64,000 nt of DNA from Williopsis jadinii (lineage: Eukaryota), in the NCBI GenBank assembly GCA_024346625.1, contig AP024668.1, positions 248,001 through 312,000 of the forward strand. Direction: 5' to 3'. Positions within the stretch are counted from its first letter, which is position 1, and each line of letters begins with the position of its first letter. Both the position numbers and the translations under genes were made by a program. Below, one piece after another: positions 1-12,556 of the stretch. The notes beneath the pieces are model-generated. The model was given only the letters and a program-made list of their open reading frames with translations. It was not told the origin of the DNA and made no database searches.

Positions 1-2105
1 TTCTTGAGCTCTTGAGCCAGTTCTTCTCTCTTCTTTCTAGCTTCTTCCAGCTTGGCCAAAAGGGCCTCTTGTTCCTTTTGGAACTCTTCATCTTTGGTTT
101 CCAGAGTTAGGATTGATAGGGACGAGGCCTTTGTTTCAACCTTTTCAACTTTCGTGGAGAGGGTTTCGTTTTCAGTCTTTGTTGGTTCGGAGGTTGTCTC
201 GGTCTCGACAGGTTCAGTCTTCACAGGTTCAGTGTCAACAGGTTCGGAGACAACATGTTGAGAGTCCTCAAGCTTAGATTTGGAAACTTCATTCAAAGAT
301 GCAACTGCGTTGGCATGTTCAGCTTTCAAGTCACTCAATTCCTTTTCGCCGTCGTTAACCTTCTGTTCAGTGGTCTTTTTGTTTATCTCTGCAGCGTCAA
401 TCAAAGATTCCAGTTTGGCCTTGTTATCCAACTCCGCAGCGTGGTCCTTCTCTTTACTCTCAAGAGTTGTGTTCAATTCGTCACTCTTGAGCTTGGAGAC
501 TTCGGATTTTTTCTTAGTCTGAGCCAATTCCTCGCTCAGCTTCTTAATCTGTTCGTTGATATCGTCAATATCCTTCTGATGAGTGTTATTCTTGAAATCA
601 GTGATAATCTTCTCAGACTCGTTCTTCTTTAAAGCAGCCTCTTTGATCTTGTTCTCATGGTCAATTCTCAGCTGTTTCAAGTTCTCAATCTCTAGTAACT
701 TAGACTCCTTTTCCTTTACAAGATTTTCGGCCTCTGTCTTTTCGTGTGCGATGCTATCTCTCAACTCTTGACAGTCTTGCTCATAAACCTTGAGCTTTTC
801 ACTCGATTCAACCTGCTTATCCTCCAGCTCCTTCAACTGCTCGGCAGCTTCCTCTTGATCCTTCTTTGCCTGTTCAATTTCCTCATATTTAGACTTGATT
901 TTATCCTCAGTCTCTTGGAAGTAGTTTTTCTTGTTTTCCTCGTGTTGGTTCTCCAATTCTTTGGTCTTCTCCTCGTGTTCTACATTTGCCTTTGCGATGG
1001 CGTCATCTGTACTGTCAACATTAGTCTGGATTCTGTCTTCAATTTTAGCAATCTCCGCCTTTAGCCCCTCGATCTGATTATCAAACGCATTCTGAATTCT
1101 GTTGTACTCGTCATCATTCTTCTTCTTAATGGCGTCCAACTTCGTCTTGTGTTGTTCATTCTGGTAGTCAATTTTTTGTTGAACAGTCATTGGCGTACCA
1201 TCTGGGTTCTTGTTGACTTCTGCAGTGAATGGGAAGATACTAAATAGTCTATGCTTCTTATTCAATGGTTCAACTTTGTGAAGCTGTTGAACTTGTTGGG
1301 GTTCCTCTTTTGCAGCGGTTTCTCCACCAGCTTCCTCTTCATCATCAGCACGTAATGGTTTCTCCTCAACTTCTTCATCTTCTTCATCTTGTGGTTCTTC
1401 TTCTTCAGGCTCTTCCTTTTTCGGACCCTCAGCTTCCAACCTAGCCTCCTCAGCCTGAATCTTTAACTGCTCCAATCTCTCCCTTGCAGCTTTCAACTTA
1501 CGTTCATCTTGTTCCCTATTCTTAGCAATTTGATCGTCTTGCTGTTTCTTCAATTCGATCTGCTTGTTCTTCTCTTGCTCCAGTCTCTCAAGCTCACGTT
1601 CATGTCTATTTTCTAATCTGGAGAACAGATTTGGGATCTTGATGATCGGTCCCTTTGGTGATCTTGGCGTGGCAGAACGTTTCGTGACGTAACGGAATGG
1701 AGAGTAGTACTGTTTTTCTTCAGGATCCTGAGGCTGGTCTACAGCTTCCTTGGTGTGTTCTTCAGGGTCAAGGGTTTCTGGTTCATCAACGTTTTCCTCA
1801 GGTTCAACCGTCTCATCTTCAGCCTTATCAGCTTCACCAGATTCAGCAGCTTCCTCGTCTTTATCACCGTCTTCATTCTCAACACCTTGGTCAATTGCAG
1901 CGTCTTCAGTCTCCTTCACATCGCCAGCTTCTGTAGCTGCTTCAACAGGGGCTTCAACAGGGGCTTCAACAGGGGCTGCAACAGCGGTAGCTGCCGTCTG
2001 CTGTGGCACCACCTTCTTCTTACGCTGAATCGCAAAACTAAAGATAGATTTCTTCTCCTCAGCAGGTGGCTGTTGGAATGCAAGGAATGGATCCGGGCGT
2101 CCCAT
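1..2105 (-). CDS. Partial (runs off the window) acidic coiled-coil protein, at least 701 codons, function unknown
   Basis: ATG at 2105 (MGRPDPFLAFQQPPAEEKK); frame read by hand is open and in phase to position 3; E/K-rich helical sequence; 3x APVE repeat. Absent from the ORF track because no stop lies in the window. Confidence 0.85.
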   Translation of the reverse strand, partial: MGRPDPFLAFQQPPAEEKKSIFSFAIQRKKKVVPQQTAATAVAAPVEAPVEAPVEAATEAGDVKETEDAAIDQGVENEDGDKDEEAAESGEADKAEDETVEPEENVDEPETLDPEEHTKEAVDQPQDPEEKQYYSPFRYVTKRSATPRSPKGPIIKIPNLFSRLENRHERELERLEQEKNKQIELKKQQDDQIAKNREQDERKLKAARERLEQLKIQAEEARLEAEGPKKEEPEEEEPQDEEDEEVEEKPLRADDEEEAGGETAAKEEPQQVQQLHKVEPLNKKHRLFSIFPFTAEVNKNPDGTPMTVQQKIDYQNEQHKTKLDAIKKKNDDEYNRIQNAFDNQIEGLKAEIAKIEDRIQTNVDSTDDAIAKANVEHEEKTKELENQHEENKKNYFQETEDKIKSKYEEIEQAKKDQEEAAEQLKELEDKQVESSEKLKVYEQDCQELRDSIAHEKTEAENLVKEKESKLLEIENLKQLRIDHENKIKEAALKKNESEKIITDFKNNTHQKDIDDINEQIKKLSEELAQTKKKSEVSKLKSDELNTTLESKEKDHAAELDNKAKLESLIDAAEINKKTTEQKVNDGEKELSDLKAEHANAVASLNEVSKSKLEDSQHVVSEPVDTEPVKTEPVETETTSEPTKTENETLSTKVEKVETKASSLSILTLETKDEEFQKEQEALLAKLEEARKKREELAQELK

Positions 2106-2390
2106 CTTTATAGCTGTTTTTATGATAGCAATTACTTCTTGAACTAGTAGACGATAGAGATTAAACAGCAACAACAAGTAGAAAAAGTAACCTGGCGCAA
2201 GTGAATTTTCAGGGGGCGCATATATAAAAAAGAGGACCCAAAAGGTGGCAGGGGGAAACTGCGAACGTTCGTTATGTTTCTTCCCGATTAGGAAATGATG
2301 CTGTGGTGATGCGATATCTGGGCATATCTAGGTGTTCGGATGTTTCGAAGATGTGGTGTGTGGATGTTTTAGACGGGGCTGTTTGAATAG

Positions 2391-2408
2391 TTCTAGAAGC
2401 TCATGGAA
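2391..2408 (+). promoter_or_regulatory. Gapped heat-shock element upstream of CPR6
   Basis: TTCtaGAAgctcatgGAA in correct 5-bp phase; CPR6 is a known Hsf1 target in yeasts. Confidence 0.55.
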
Positions 2409-2536
2409 GGTGTTTGGAGCGTGCGATGGGAACAATATTAATTGGAGGTAATGTACCAATGACTTCTACTTCGTGATGGTTGTGGTCGCTAGGTTAAATC
2501 AACAACAAACAGGGAAACAACAGGGTTACGCACAAT

Positions 2537-3643
2537 ATGTCTGAGTCTCGTCCAAAGGTCTTCTTCGATATCACGATAGGTGGTGAACCAAAGGGTAGAG
2601 TGGTGTTTGAGCTATTCAACGATATAGTTCCAAAGACTGCGGAGAATTTTAGAGCGTTGTGCACCGGTGAAAAGGGAGTGGGCCAGTCTGGCAAGGCGTT
2701 AAGTTATAAGGGCTCTTCATTCCATAGGGTCATTAAGGACTTCATGATCCAAGGTGGTGATTTCACAAAGGGTGACGGCACTGGTGGCGAGTCCATCTAC
2801 GGAGAGAAGTTCGAAGATGAGAAGTTTGAGGTCAAGCACGATAAGCCATTCCTACTCTCCATGGCAAATGCTGGTCCAAATACCAACGGATCGCAATTCT
2901 TCGTTACAACGGTCCCAACGCCACATTTGGATGGCAAGCACGTTGTATTTGGACGGTTAATCTCCGGTAAGGGTGTCATCAGATCCGTGGAGAGAACAGA
3001 GACTGCAACGGGAGACAAACCGGTACAGGACTGTATCATCACTGACTGTGGTCAATTGCCAGATGACTACGTTCCAGAGCCTTCTGTCCCAGTTGATGAT
3101 GGCACTGGAGACATCTACGAGACTGTGCTTGTTGACAACGACAACATCAACCTCGACAACTACGAAGAGGTTATTGGTGCGATCGCCACCATCAAGGATA
3201 TCGGGTCCAGACTGTTCAAAGCCGGCGATCTTTCCAAGGCATTGGCTAAGTACAACAAGGCAGAGAGCTATCTCAAGGACTATTTCCCAGACGATCTATC
3301 AGGAGATCAAATAGATGAGTTGAACAAGCTGAAGGCTTCAGTCTTCCTCAACATCGCGCTTGTCAGTCTGAAACTGGAGAAGTACAGCGAAGTGTTGAGA
3401 TCTGCTACACAGGCATTAGATTGCGATGGAATCGATGACAAGTCCAAGGCAAAGGCACTCTACCGTCGTGGTTCTGCCCTACTGAAGTTGAAGAACGAGG
3501 AGGACTCACTAAGAGACTTTGAACAGGCTTTGAAGTTGTCACCTGGTGATGCTGCAATTCTAAGAGGAATCGACTCCGTGAAGAAGAGTGAAAAGCAACG
3601 CAAGGAGAGGGAAAAGAAGGCATTCAGTAAGATGTTCAGTTAA
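2537..3643 (+). CDS. CPR6: Cyclophilin-40 (PPIase + TPR), Hsp90 co-chaperone
   Basis: Cyclophilin motifs [31 protein letters not shown]-terminal TPR (KALYRRG); ends FSKMFS. Confidence 0.95.
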   Translation: MSESRPKVFFDITIGGEPKGRVVFELFNDIVPKTAENFRALCTGEKGVGQSGKALSYKGSSFHRVIKDFMIQGGDFTKGDGTGGESIYGEKFEDEKFEVKHDKPFLLSMANAGPNTNGSQFFVTTVPTPHLDGKHVVFGRLISGKGVIRSVERTETATGDKPVQDCIITDCGQLPDDYVPEPSVPVDDGTGDIYETVLVDNDNINLDNYEEVIGAIATIKDIGSRLFKAGDLSKALAKYNKAESYLKDYFPDDLSGDQIDELNKLKASVFLNIALVSLKLEKYSEVLRSATQALDCDGIDDKSKAKALYRRGSALLKLKNEEDSLRDFEQALKLSPGDAAILRGIDSVKKSEKQRKEREKKAFSKMFS

Positions 3644-4435
3644 GAATCTAAACCTTACCCCCCATCATCATCAACATTACTGTAGTAACTTCCCCGGCCT
3701 CAGTACAGGAAAAGCAAAATCCCGTGTAAATTTCAGAATGTCCACGTGTAAATCCCAGCACTCCAAAAGTGAAAAGTTTTGGGGGGCAAAACGAAAAAAA
3801 AGTGGCCGACGAAGGCATAAACAAAGAATGAAAACATCAAAACAACCACAAAAACAAAAACAACCAACCAAAAAAGAGAGAAAGAGAAACTTTCCATCTC
3901 TTCAACCTTTCCCCTTGTTTCGTGTGACTAGCTGTGTGTGTCTAGAAGGATCTTTCGTCTATTATCATCACGAGTTATTCTAAACCAGTTGGAACTGTAC
4001 TTTCAATCCTTTTCCCTCCTTTTTGAACAGCCCACAACAATAGAAGAAGGGAAGGTTTTGGACGGCGGCTAATAGCGCTTAGGCTTGAAGAAGTTACAAC
4101 AGGTATAGAAACTACAAGGAAGCATAGTGTTTCGGTTCTTTTGCTTGAAAACAGTGGAAAAGAGTCATTAATTTGGAGCTTTTCTTTTCATCTGATTCTG
4201 TTGAAGAAAGTAAACAAACAAGGAACATTTTTTATTTGCATAGACAATCAACTGAAAATACCAAAAAAAAGCAAAAAAAAAAACTACTAAAAATACAAGG
4301 AAGCTATTCATTTCACGTTATCTGATTTCATTTGTCTTATTACATCTTTTAACGAAGGTACAGGTGCCTTTTTAACATACGTTTGTCATCCAGAGAAGGA
4401 ATTCATAAAGGCAAAACAACAACAAGAAGATCACA

Positions 4436-7400
4436 ATGGTTCAATTCCCATATTCAAGTGCGCCATTGCGTACTGTTAAGGAGGTTCAATTTGGTATACT
4501 CTCTCCAGATGAGATTGTGAGTCATATGCTCCAGAGGTGGTAGCCTTTGTGTATTTTGCTCAACTACTAACCCTGTCTTTTTAGCGTGCAATTTCTGTTG
4601 CGAAGATTGAATTTCCAGAGACTATGGATGAGACCCAGACGAAACCAAGAGTTGGTGGATTAAACGATCCAAGATTGGGATCTATTGATCGTAATTTCAA
4701 ATGTCAAACTTGTGGTGAAGATATGAACGAATGTCCAGGGCATTTCGGCCATATCGAATTGGCCAAACCCGTTTTCCACATTGGTTTTATCAACAAGATT
4801 AAAAAAGTGTGTGAATGTGTTTGTATGCACTGTGGTAAGTTGCTCCTCGACGAATCGAATGACTTGTTCAAACAAGCTATCAGAATCAGAGATCCAAAGA
4901 AGAGATTCAACGCAGTGTGGAATCTTTGTAAGACAAAGATGATCTGTGAGCCAAATTTCCCACCAGATGCAGACGGAACAGTTCGTTCAAGAGGTGGATG
5001 TGGTAATGCTCAACCTTCTGTACGTCGTGACGGGTTAAAGCTTTGGGGTACCTGGAAAAAGGGAAACCCTGATGAAAATGAACAACCAGAGAAACGTCTC
5101 TTAACACCAAGTGAGATACAGAACGTCTTTAAGCATATTACACCAGAGGATTGCCGTAAGCTAGGTTTTCACGAGGATTACGCTCGTCCAGAATGGCTCA
5201 TATTGTCGGTCTTACCAGTTCCACCTCCACCAGTTAGACCTTCCATCTCTTTCAACGACACCCAAAGAGGTGAAGATGATTTGACATATAAGCTATCTGA
5301 TATCATGAAAGCTAACATTAATGTTCAAAAACTGGAAATGGATGGTTCTCCACAACACGTTATTAACGAATTTGAAGCGTTGCTGCAGTTCCACGTAGCC
5401 ACCTATATGGATAACGACATTGCTGGTCAACCACAAGCTTTACAAAAATCTGGTCGTCCAATCAAATCAATTCGTGCTCGTCTCAAAGGTAAGGAAGGTC
5501 GTATCAGAGGTAATTTAATGGGTAAACGTGTTGATTTCTCTGCACGTACTGTTATCTCTGGTGACCCAAACTTAGAGCTGGATCAGGTTGGTGTGCCAAA
5601 GAGTATTGCTAGAACTTTGACATATCCTGAAACAGTAACGCCATACAACATCCAAAAACTGACAGAACTTGTACGTAATGGTCCAAATGAGCACCCAGGT
5701 GCCAAATATGTGATCCGTGACACCGGTGATCGTATTGATTTGAGATACAACAAACGTGCTGGTGACATCGTTTTACAATACGGTTGGAAAGTTGAACGTC
5801 ATTTGATGGATGAAGATCCAGTTCTTTTCAACCGTCAACCCTCTTTGCACAAAATGTCCATGATGTGTCATCGTGTGAAGGTTATGCCTTATTCCACTTT
5901 TAGATTGAACTTGTCAGTCACATCACCATACAATGCTGATTTTGACGGTGATGAGATGAACTTGCACGTTCCACAGTCAGAAGAGACTAGAGCTGAGCTC
6001 ATGAACATTTGTGCAGTGCCACTTCAGATCGTTTCCCCACAGTCGAATAAACCATGTATGGGTATTGTGCAAGATACCTTATGTGGTGTCAGAAAGATGA
6101 CGCTTCGTGATAGTTTTATCGAATACGACCAAATGATGAACATCCTGTTCTGGATTCCAGGATGGGATGGTGTCGTTCCAGAACCAACGATCTTGAAACC
6201 TAAGCCATTGTGGACAGGTAAGCAAATGTTGTCTATGACAATTCCAAAAGGTATCCATCTTCAAAGATTTGACGAGGGAACTACATTGCTCAGTCCGAAG
6301 GATAATGGTATGCTTATCGTGGATGGTAAGATCCTTTTTGGTGTCGTTGATAAAAAGACTGTAGGTGCTACTAATGGTGGTTTGATCCACACCGTCATGA
6401 GAGAAAAGGGTCCAAGAACTTGTGCCGATTTGTTTGGTAACATCCAGAAGGTGGTGAACTTCTGGTTGCTCCACAATGGTTTTTCTATTGGTATTGGTGA
6501 TACCATTGCCGATGCCTCCACTATGAAGGAAATTACGGAGGCCATTGCTATTGCAAAGGAAAAGGTAGAAGAAGTCACACTTGAAGCACAACAAAACAGA
6601 TTAACTGCTAAGCATGGTATGACACTGAGAGAATCGTTTGAAGATAACGTGATCCGTTATTTGAACGAGGCTCGTGATAAAGCAGGTCGTTCTGCAGAGA
6701 TTAATTTGAAAGGCCTTAATAATGTGAAACAGATGGTGAGTGCTGGTTCCAAGGGTTCTTTCATTAACATTGCCCAGATGTCCGCTTGTGTGGGCCAACA
6801 GTCGGTTGAAGGTAAACGTATTGCCTACGGCTTTGCTGACCGTACCTTGCCACACTTTTCCAAGGATGATTACTCTCCAGAGTCAAAGGGTTTCGTCGAA
6901 AACTCTTATTTAAGAGGATTGACACCACAAGAATTCTACTTCCACGCTATGGGTGGTCGTGAGGGTTTGATTGATACTGCCGTGAAGACAGCTGAAACTG
7001 GTTATATTCAACGTCGTCTTGTCAAGGCCTTGGAAGATATCATGGTCCATTATGATGGTACCACTAGAAATTCCATGGGTAGTATCATTCAATTCATCTA
7101 TGGTGAAGATGGTCTCGACGCTGGTCACGTTGAGAAGCAAACCATTGATACCATTCCAGGTGAAGATGCAGCGTTCGAGAAGCGTTATCGTGTTGATTTG
7201 ATGAGCGAAAAGACTTCTATCAGACCGCATCTACTGGAATCTGGTCGTGATATCATTGGTAACACTGAGTTGCAAGCTACATTAGATTCCGAGTACGATC
7301 AGTTAGTGGAGGACCGTAAGTTCTTGAGAAAAGTCTTCATTGATGGTGAACACAATTGGCCATTGCCTGTCAATGTTCGTCGTATCATTCAAAATTCTCA

Positions 7401-9771
7401 GCAGATCTTCCACGTTGATCGTTCTAAGGCTTCTGACCTGACCTTGGATGAGATTGTCACAGGGGTTCGGAAACTATGCCAAGGCCTACTTGTTCTTCGT
7501 GGTGATAACCCACTGGTCAAGGAGGCTCAAGAAAATGCTACTACTTTGTTCCAATGTTTGTTACGTTCTCGTTTGGCTTGTCGTCGTGTCATTGAAGAAT
7601 ATCGCCTTAACAGAGTTGCGTTCAACTGGGTTTTGGGTGAAATTGATGCTCAATTCCAAAGGGCTGTTGTTCATCCAGGTGAGATGGTTGGTATTGTGGC
7701 CGCTCAATCTATTGGTGAGCCAGCTACTCAAATGACCTTGAATACTTTCCACTTTGCTGGTGTGGCTTCCAAGAAGGTTACATCTGGTGTTCCTCGTTTG
7801 AAAGAAATTTTGAACGTTGCAAAGACCATGAAGACTCCATCTTTGACAGTTTATCTTGAACCAGAATACGCTTCTGACCAAGAAAAGGCAAAGGAGATCA
7901 GATCTGCGATCGAGCATACCACTTTAAAGAGTGTTACGGTTGCTACTGAAATTTACTACGATCCAGATCCAAGGTCGACGACTATCGAAGATGACGAGGA
8001 AATGGTTCAGTTGCACTTTGAAATTCCTGATGAGGAAACTGAAGCTACATTGGATAAACAATCTCCATGGTTGTTGCGTATCGAATTGGATCGTGCTGCT
8101 ATGAATGATAAAGATTTGACCATGGCCGAAGTTGGAGAGAAGATTAAGGAGACTTTCAAGGATGATCTCTTTGTTATCTGGTCTGAAGATAACGCTGAAA
8201 AGTTGATTATCCGTTGTCGTGTTGTCCGTGATCCTAAGAACTTGGATCCAGAGTCTGAAGCTGAAGAGGATCAGATGTTGAAGCGTATCGAGAACAATAT
8301 GTTAGAAGCTATTACTCTGCGTGGTGTTCCAGATATTACTCGTGTTGTCATGATGAAATACGACCGTAAACTGCCAGATGAAACTGGTAAATATGTTAAG
8401 GTTCCAGAATGGGTCTTGGAAACTGACGGTGTCAACTTAGCAGATGTTATGTGTGTCGAGGGTGTGGATTCTACACGTATTTACACCAACTCCTTCATTG
8501 ATATCTTACAAGTTTTGGGTATCGAAGCTGGCCGTGCTGCTCTCTATAAGGAAGTTTACAACGTTATTGCCTCTGATGGTTCTTATGTGAACTATAGACA
8601 TATGGCTTTGTTAGTTGATGTGATGACCTCTCGTGGTCACTTGATGGCTGTCACTCGTCATGGTATCAATAGAAACGACACGGGTGCATTGATGCGTTGT
8701 TCTTTCGAAGAAACTGTTGAAATTCTGTTTGAGGCTGGTGCAGCTGCAGAGTTGGATGACTGTCGTGGTGTTTCCGAGAACGTTATACTGGGCCAGTTGG
8801 CTCCTATTGGTACTGGTGCGTTTGATGTTATGGTTGATGATTCCATTCTCAAGGCTCTGCCTACAGCTACAGAGAACCAGGGATATGCACGCACTGAATA
8901 TGGCGATGGTGGTTCTACACCTTATGATTCCGCTAACATGCCTGGCCAAGGTGTGGTTGAGGGTACAGATGATGTTATGTTCTCTCCGATTGTTGAATCT
9001 GGTCAGATGCCAGTTAATGCTGGTGGATTCACCGAGTACGGTAGCGGTACAGATTATGCTACATCTCCTGGTATGAGCGCCAACTCGCCATTCGGCTATG
9101 GATATGGAGCTACCTCACCAGCTACGAATGCTACATCACCAGGCTACTCTGTTACTTCACCAGCGTACAGCGCAACCTCTCCATCATACAGTCCAACGTC
9201 TCCATCGTACAGCCCAACATCACCAAGTTACTCACCAACATCTCCATCGTACAGCCCAACATCTCCATCGTACAGTCCAACGTCTCCATCGTACAGTCCA
9301 ACGTCTCCATCGTACTCTCCAACATCACCATCATACAGTCCAACATCACCATCATACTCACCAACCTCACCATCATACTCACCAACCTCACCATCTTATT
9401 CACCAACATCGCCATCTTATTCACCAACATCACCATCATACAGTCCTACGTCACCAAGCTACTCACCAACATCACCTTCCTATAGTCCAACATCACCGTC
9501 ATATTCCCCAACATCACCATCATACAGTCCAACATCTCCATCTTACTCGCCAACCTCGCCTTCATACTCACCTACATCACCATCCTACTCACCTACATCA
9601 CCAAGCTATTCCCCAACTTCGCCATCATACAGTCCAACCTCGCCATCATACAGTCCAACCTCGCCATCATACTCACCAACCTCTCCTTCCTATTCACCAC
9701 CTAGATCACCATCTTATTCACCAAAGGATGACGAGAAGAAGGATGAAAATGGCAAGCAGGTGGATAAATGA
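4436..9771 (+). CDS. RPO21: RNA polymerase II largest subunit; exons 4436-4516, 4585-9771
   Basis: Spliced N-terminus [40 protein letters not shown]; active-site NADFDGD; heptad CTD. Confidence 0.99.
4517..4584 (+). other. Spliceosomal intron of RPO21 (68 nt)
   Basis: GTGAGT...TACTAAC(4565)...TAG; splicing keeps frame and restores the conserved N-terminus. Confidence 0.93.
9187..9690 (+). repeat. Rpb1 CTD: 24 perfect YSPTSPS heptads (21-nt coding repeat) flanked by degenerate copies
   Basis: 504 nt / 21 = 24 units, synonymous codons varied. Confidence 0.97.
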
Positions 9772-9897
9772 GCAAGTTTGCTTGAAGAGAACAAAAGAAA
9801 AGAAATGTAAATCATCTTACTTAAAGAGTTGTTATATACCTAAAGGGATAAACGTTAAACGAACAGAAGATGCCATGATATGTAGAATTAAAGAACG

Positions 9898-11999
9898 CTA
9901 AACATATGCCTTTTTAGAGATGAGGTTGTTGAACATATCAAATGAGTTACCATCAGGCTGGAGATGGTACTTTTGACCACACACCCTTCCATGGACATCC
10001 ATCTCCTGAGCCACCAATAAACCAAAGTCGTCGGTGATTCCAGTAATCATTGCACGTGTATTTCCATAGTCTTGCAATCTCACCACTTGGCCATCATGTA
10101 ACCAGTGCGAATAGTATAGTGGCAGCAGAGGCTTGAACCCAAACTGTTTGAACTTGTTGAACAAAGTATCCATTTGGTACATGTATTTTGCCAATAACAG
10201 CTCAGGTGAGATGTGCTCGAGCTGTTTGTTGTTGAATTTATTCCATGCTGTTATAGTAGAGTTGACTGAAGTTGTTGGTTCAGAATTGGAGAGATTGATA
10301 CCAGCACCAACAATACACTTGTAGTTCTTCCCAATGACATTTGTATTGACAAGTATACCACATATCTTGACCCACGCCGGTTCAGAGTCATTTGGTGACA
10401 ATTTCTGTCCAAAGTATTCTGGTTTCATGGCATAGATGTCATTAGGCCATTTGATCTTTATAGGCAACTCTTCATAGCCTGGTCCCATGGATTTGATAGC
10501 CTCCACGTATGAGAGAGCAGTCAAGTATTGGATGAATACAACTGGAGCATGAGTGTAAGCCAATGGCAAGTCCAGGATTAGAGAAGATGCAAGAACACCA
10601 TATGGGTTGATCCAAATGTTACCACCACGGCCACGGCCAGAGACCTGGACACTGGCAGCCAAAAGCGTTCCTGATGGTAAGTGTCTTAACAACGATATGT
10701 TGGAGTTTGGCATGGCACTGGTTGAAGTGACAACTTCTCCGTAGAACAAGATTGATCCTGCTCTTACTCTATCCAGAGCACCATAAGACTCTCTTAAGTA
10801 ACGGAAATAGTTGTTGATGTCGAAGTAGGATGTAAGTTTCCTCTCTGGGATCTCCTTTGTGAAAGCAATCAGCTCTTTTGTCACAGTATCTGGGTCTTCC
10901 AACTCCTCCTGTTTATCCATGTGACTTGAGATCTCTGTTTCGTCAATATGCAGACGGAAGTTATCAGTTTCACATTTGAGTAAATTACCATCAGCTGCGA
11001 CATCGGCTGTCAAATCGTCAATGATAGATTGCACAGCACCCGAGATCGGTGACGAAAGCAAGAGAGGAGTCAGACGAGGTCTCACGATCTCATCGTCATT
11101 GACCTTTAGTCCTAGTCTCAAGAGACATGCTCTGAGGAATCTTTTTCTAACTTCATCGTTCTCTTTCAGCAGCTTCACGGTTTCAAGGTAGCCTGGCTCT
11201 TGGGAGCTGTGCATCATCTCTGGGACGAATTCTGGATGAGTACCGGTGAGTATCACATCACCTTCACGAACCTTACAATGAACAATCGCAGATGCTCTTG
11301 TATCATCACCCTGATCAACGTGGACTTGTTCCTTGTACGATGCCAGCACAGTAACGTTGTCGTACTTCTCAGCATCTACAAACACTGCTCCTCCGTTGTA
11401 GTAGTTCAGGCATTCTTCACCAGCCTCCATCTCAAGCAGTTGTGGGTTCACATCCAACGCCACTGCCAGAGCACCAGCTTCATTCCCGTATTGGAACCCT
11501 TTGAAGGCACAGCCTCTAGCGATTCCTGGGAAGAACTTCAACTCTCTTTTACCTGAAACCTCCATCATTGGATCGCCAACTTCAAACTCAACTTTATCCG
11601 AGCAGTAGTAGCCACCAGAGCAGAATCCCAACAGCTTACCACCTCTGGAGACAAAATCTCGAATCACCTTGTTACCTTTCCCGTTCAGCTGCTGGCACAC
11701 AGGTAAATCAGCACCACCGGGAATCACCAGCAGAGAGGTCTTTGAGCTCCAGGGCTCATTGAGCAAGGTCTGCGTACCCACGCCTATCACCGCATAGTGA
11801 GGTGAAAGGAATCGACGCAGCGATTCCAAACAGTGCTTGACAGAGTCCGGGGAAGTGCCAGGACCTAAAACCATCGGTTAGTCTGTTGATCTCATACCAT
11901 TGAGCATCCGAGACATATCTCTACGGCATTAGAGAAAAGAAGCCAGAGACACTAACAAGAAAGAAACCCCCACTCACCAGCATATACAAGGACATTCAT
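9898..11999 (-). CDS. BPL1: Biotin-protein ligase; exons 11999-11978, 11864-9898
   Basis: MNVLVYAG|PGTSPDSV N-terminus after splicing; GRGRGGNIW, KWPNDIY and KICGILV ligase motifs. Confidence 0.95.
11865..11977 (-). other. Intron of BPL1 (113 nt)
   Basis: GTGAGT...GACTAAC...TAG on the minus strand; frame-restoring. Confidence 0.88.
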
Positions 12000-12253
12000 C
12001 TTATGGCACACCTGTTTGATGCCTTGTACCAACGTCACTTTGAGCAAGAAAGAGCACCTTTGTTAGGATAAAACCAGAGATAACGATGTTGTTGATGTTC
12101 CTCGGTGATGTCCAAAGTGCTGCGATGGTGACAGAGCCGGGGGACCGGCGTGGCCGAACCGCGGAACCCCCACGCCAACGCCGACGGTGGGGTAAGACTG
12201 ATTACGTAAGCTTATGCTTATGTAATCAATTGCTACGGTAGGGGCACTACCAC

Positions 12254-12262
12254 TCACGTGAC
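12254..12262. promoter_or_regulatory. Cbf1-type bHLH site TCACGTGAC in the BPL1/CRD1 divergent promoter
   Basis: Match to RTCACGTG on the minus strand. Confidence 0.45.
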
Positions 12263-12556
12263 TCCCTTCCTCATGTTGGAGTGGAGCGTCTTCCGCCTGT
12301 TAATTGCAGTGCTCTCACTACAATCGACCTCTATTAGCCGACTGTTTGGCATCGAGTGAGCTTACAAGAGCACTACGCAACGTCGCTACCAACTGATTGG
12401 GCTGTTGGCATTGTTTCCTGGCCCACTCTGCGATCCCCAACAAACCCCTTCGCCGAGGTTCGGTATTAAAATTTCAACCGAAGACTCACTTCACCATCAA
12501 GAGATCATTGCCTGAGAGTTGGACTTACACCGTTATAAACCGTGACAAAACGATAG

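Noticed and set aside
9098..9901. 267-aa His/Gln-rich ORF
   Set aside because: Alternative frame of the CTD heptad repeat.
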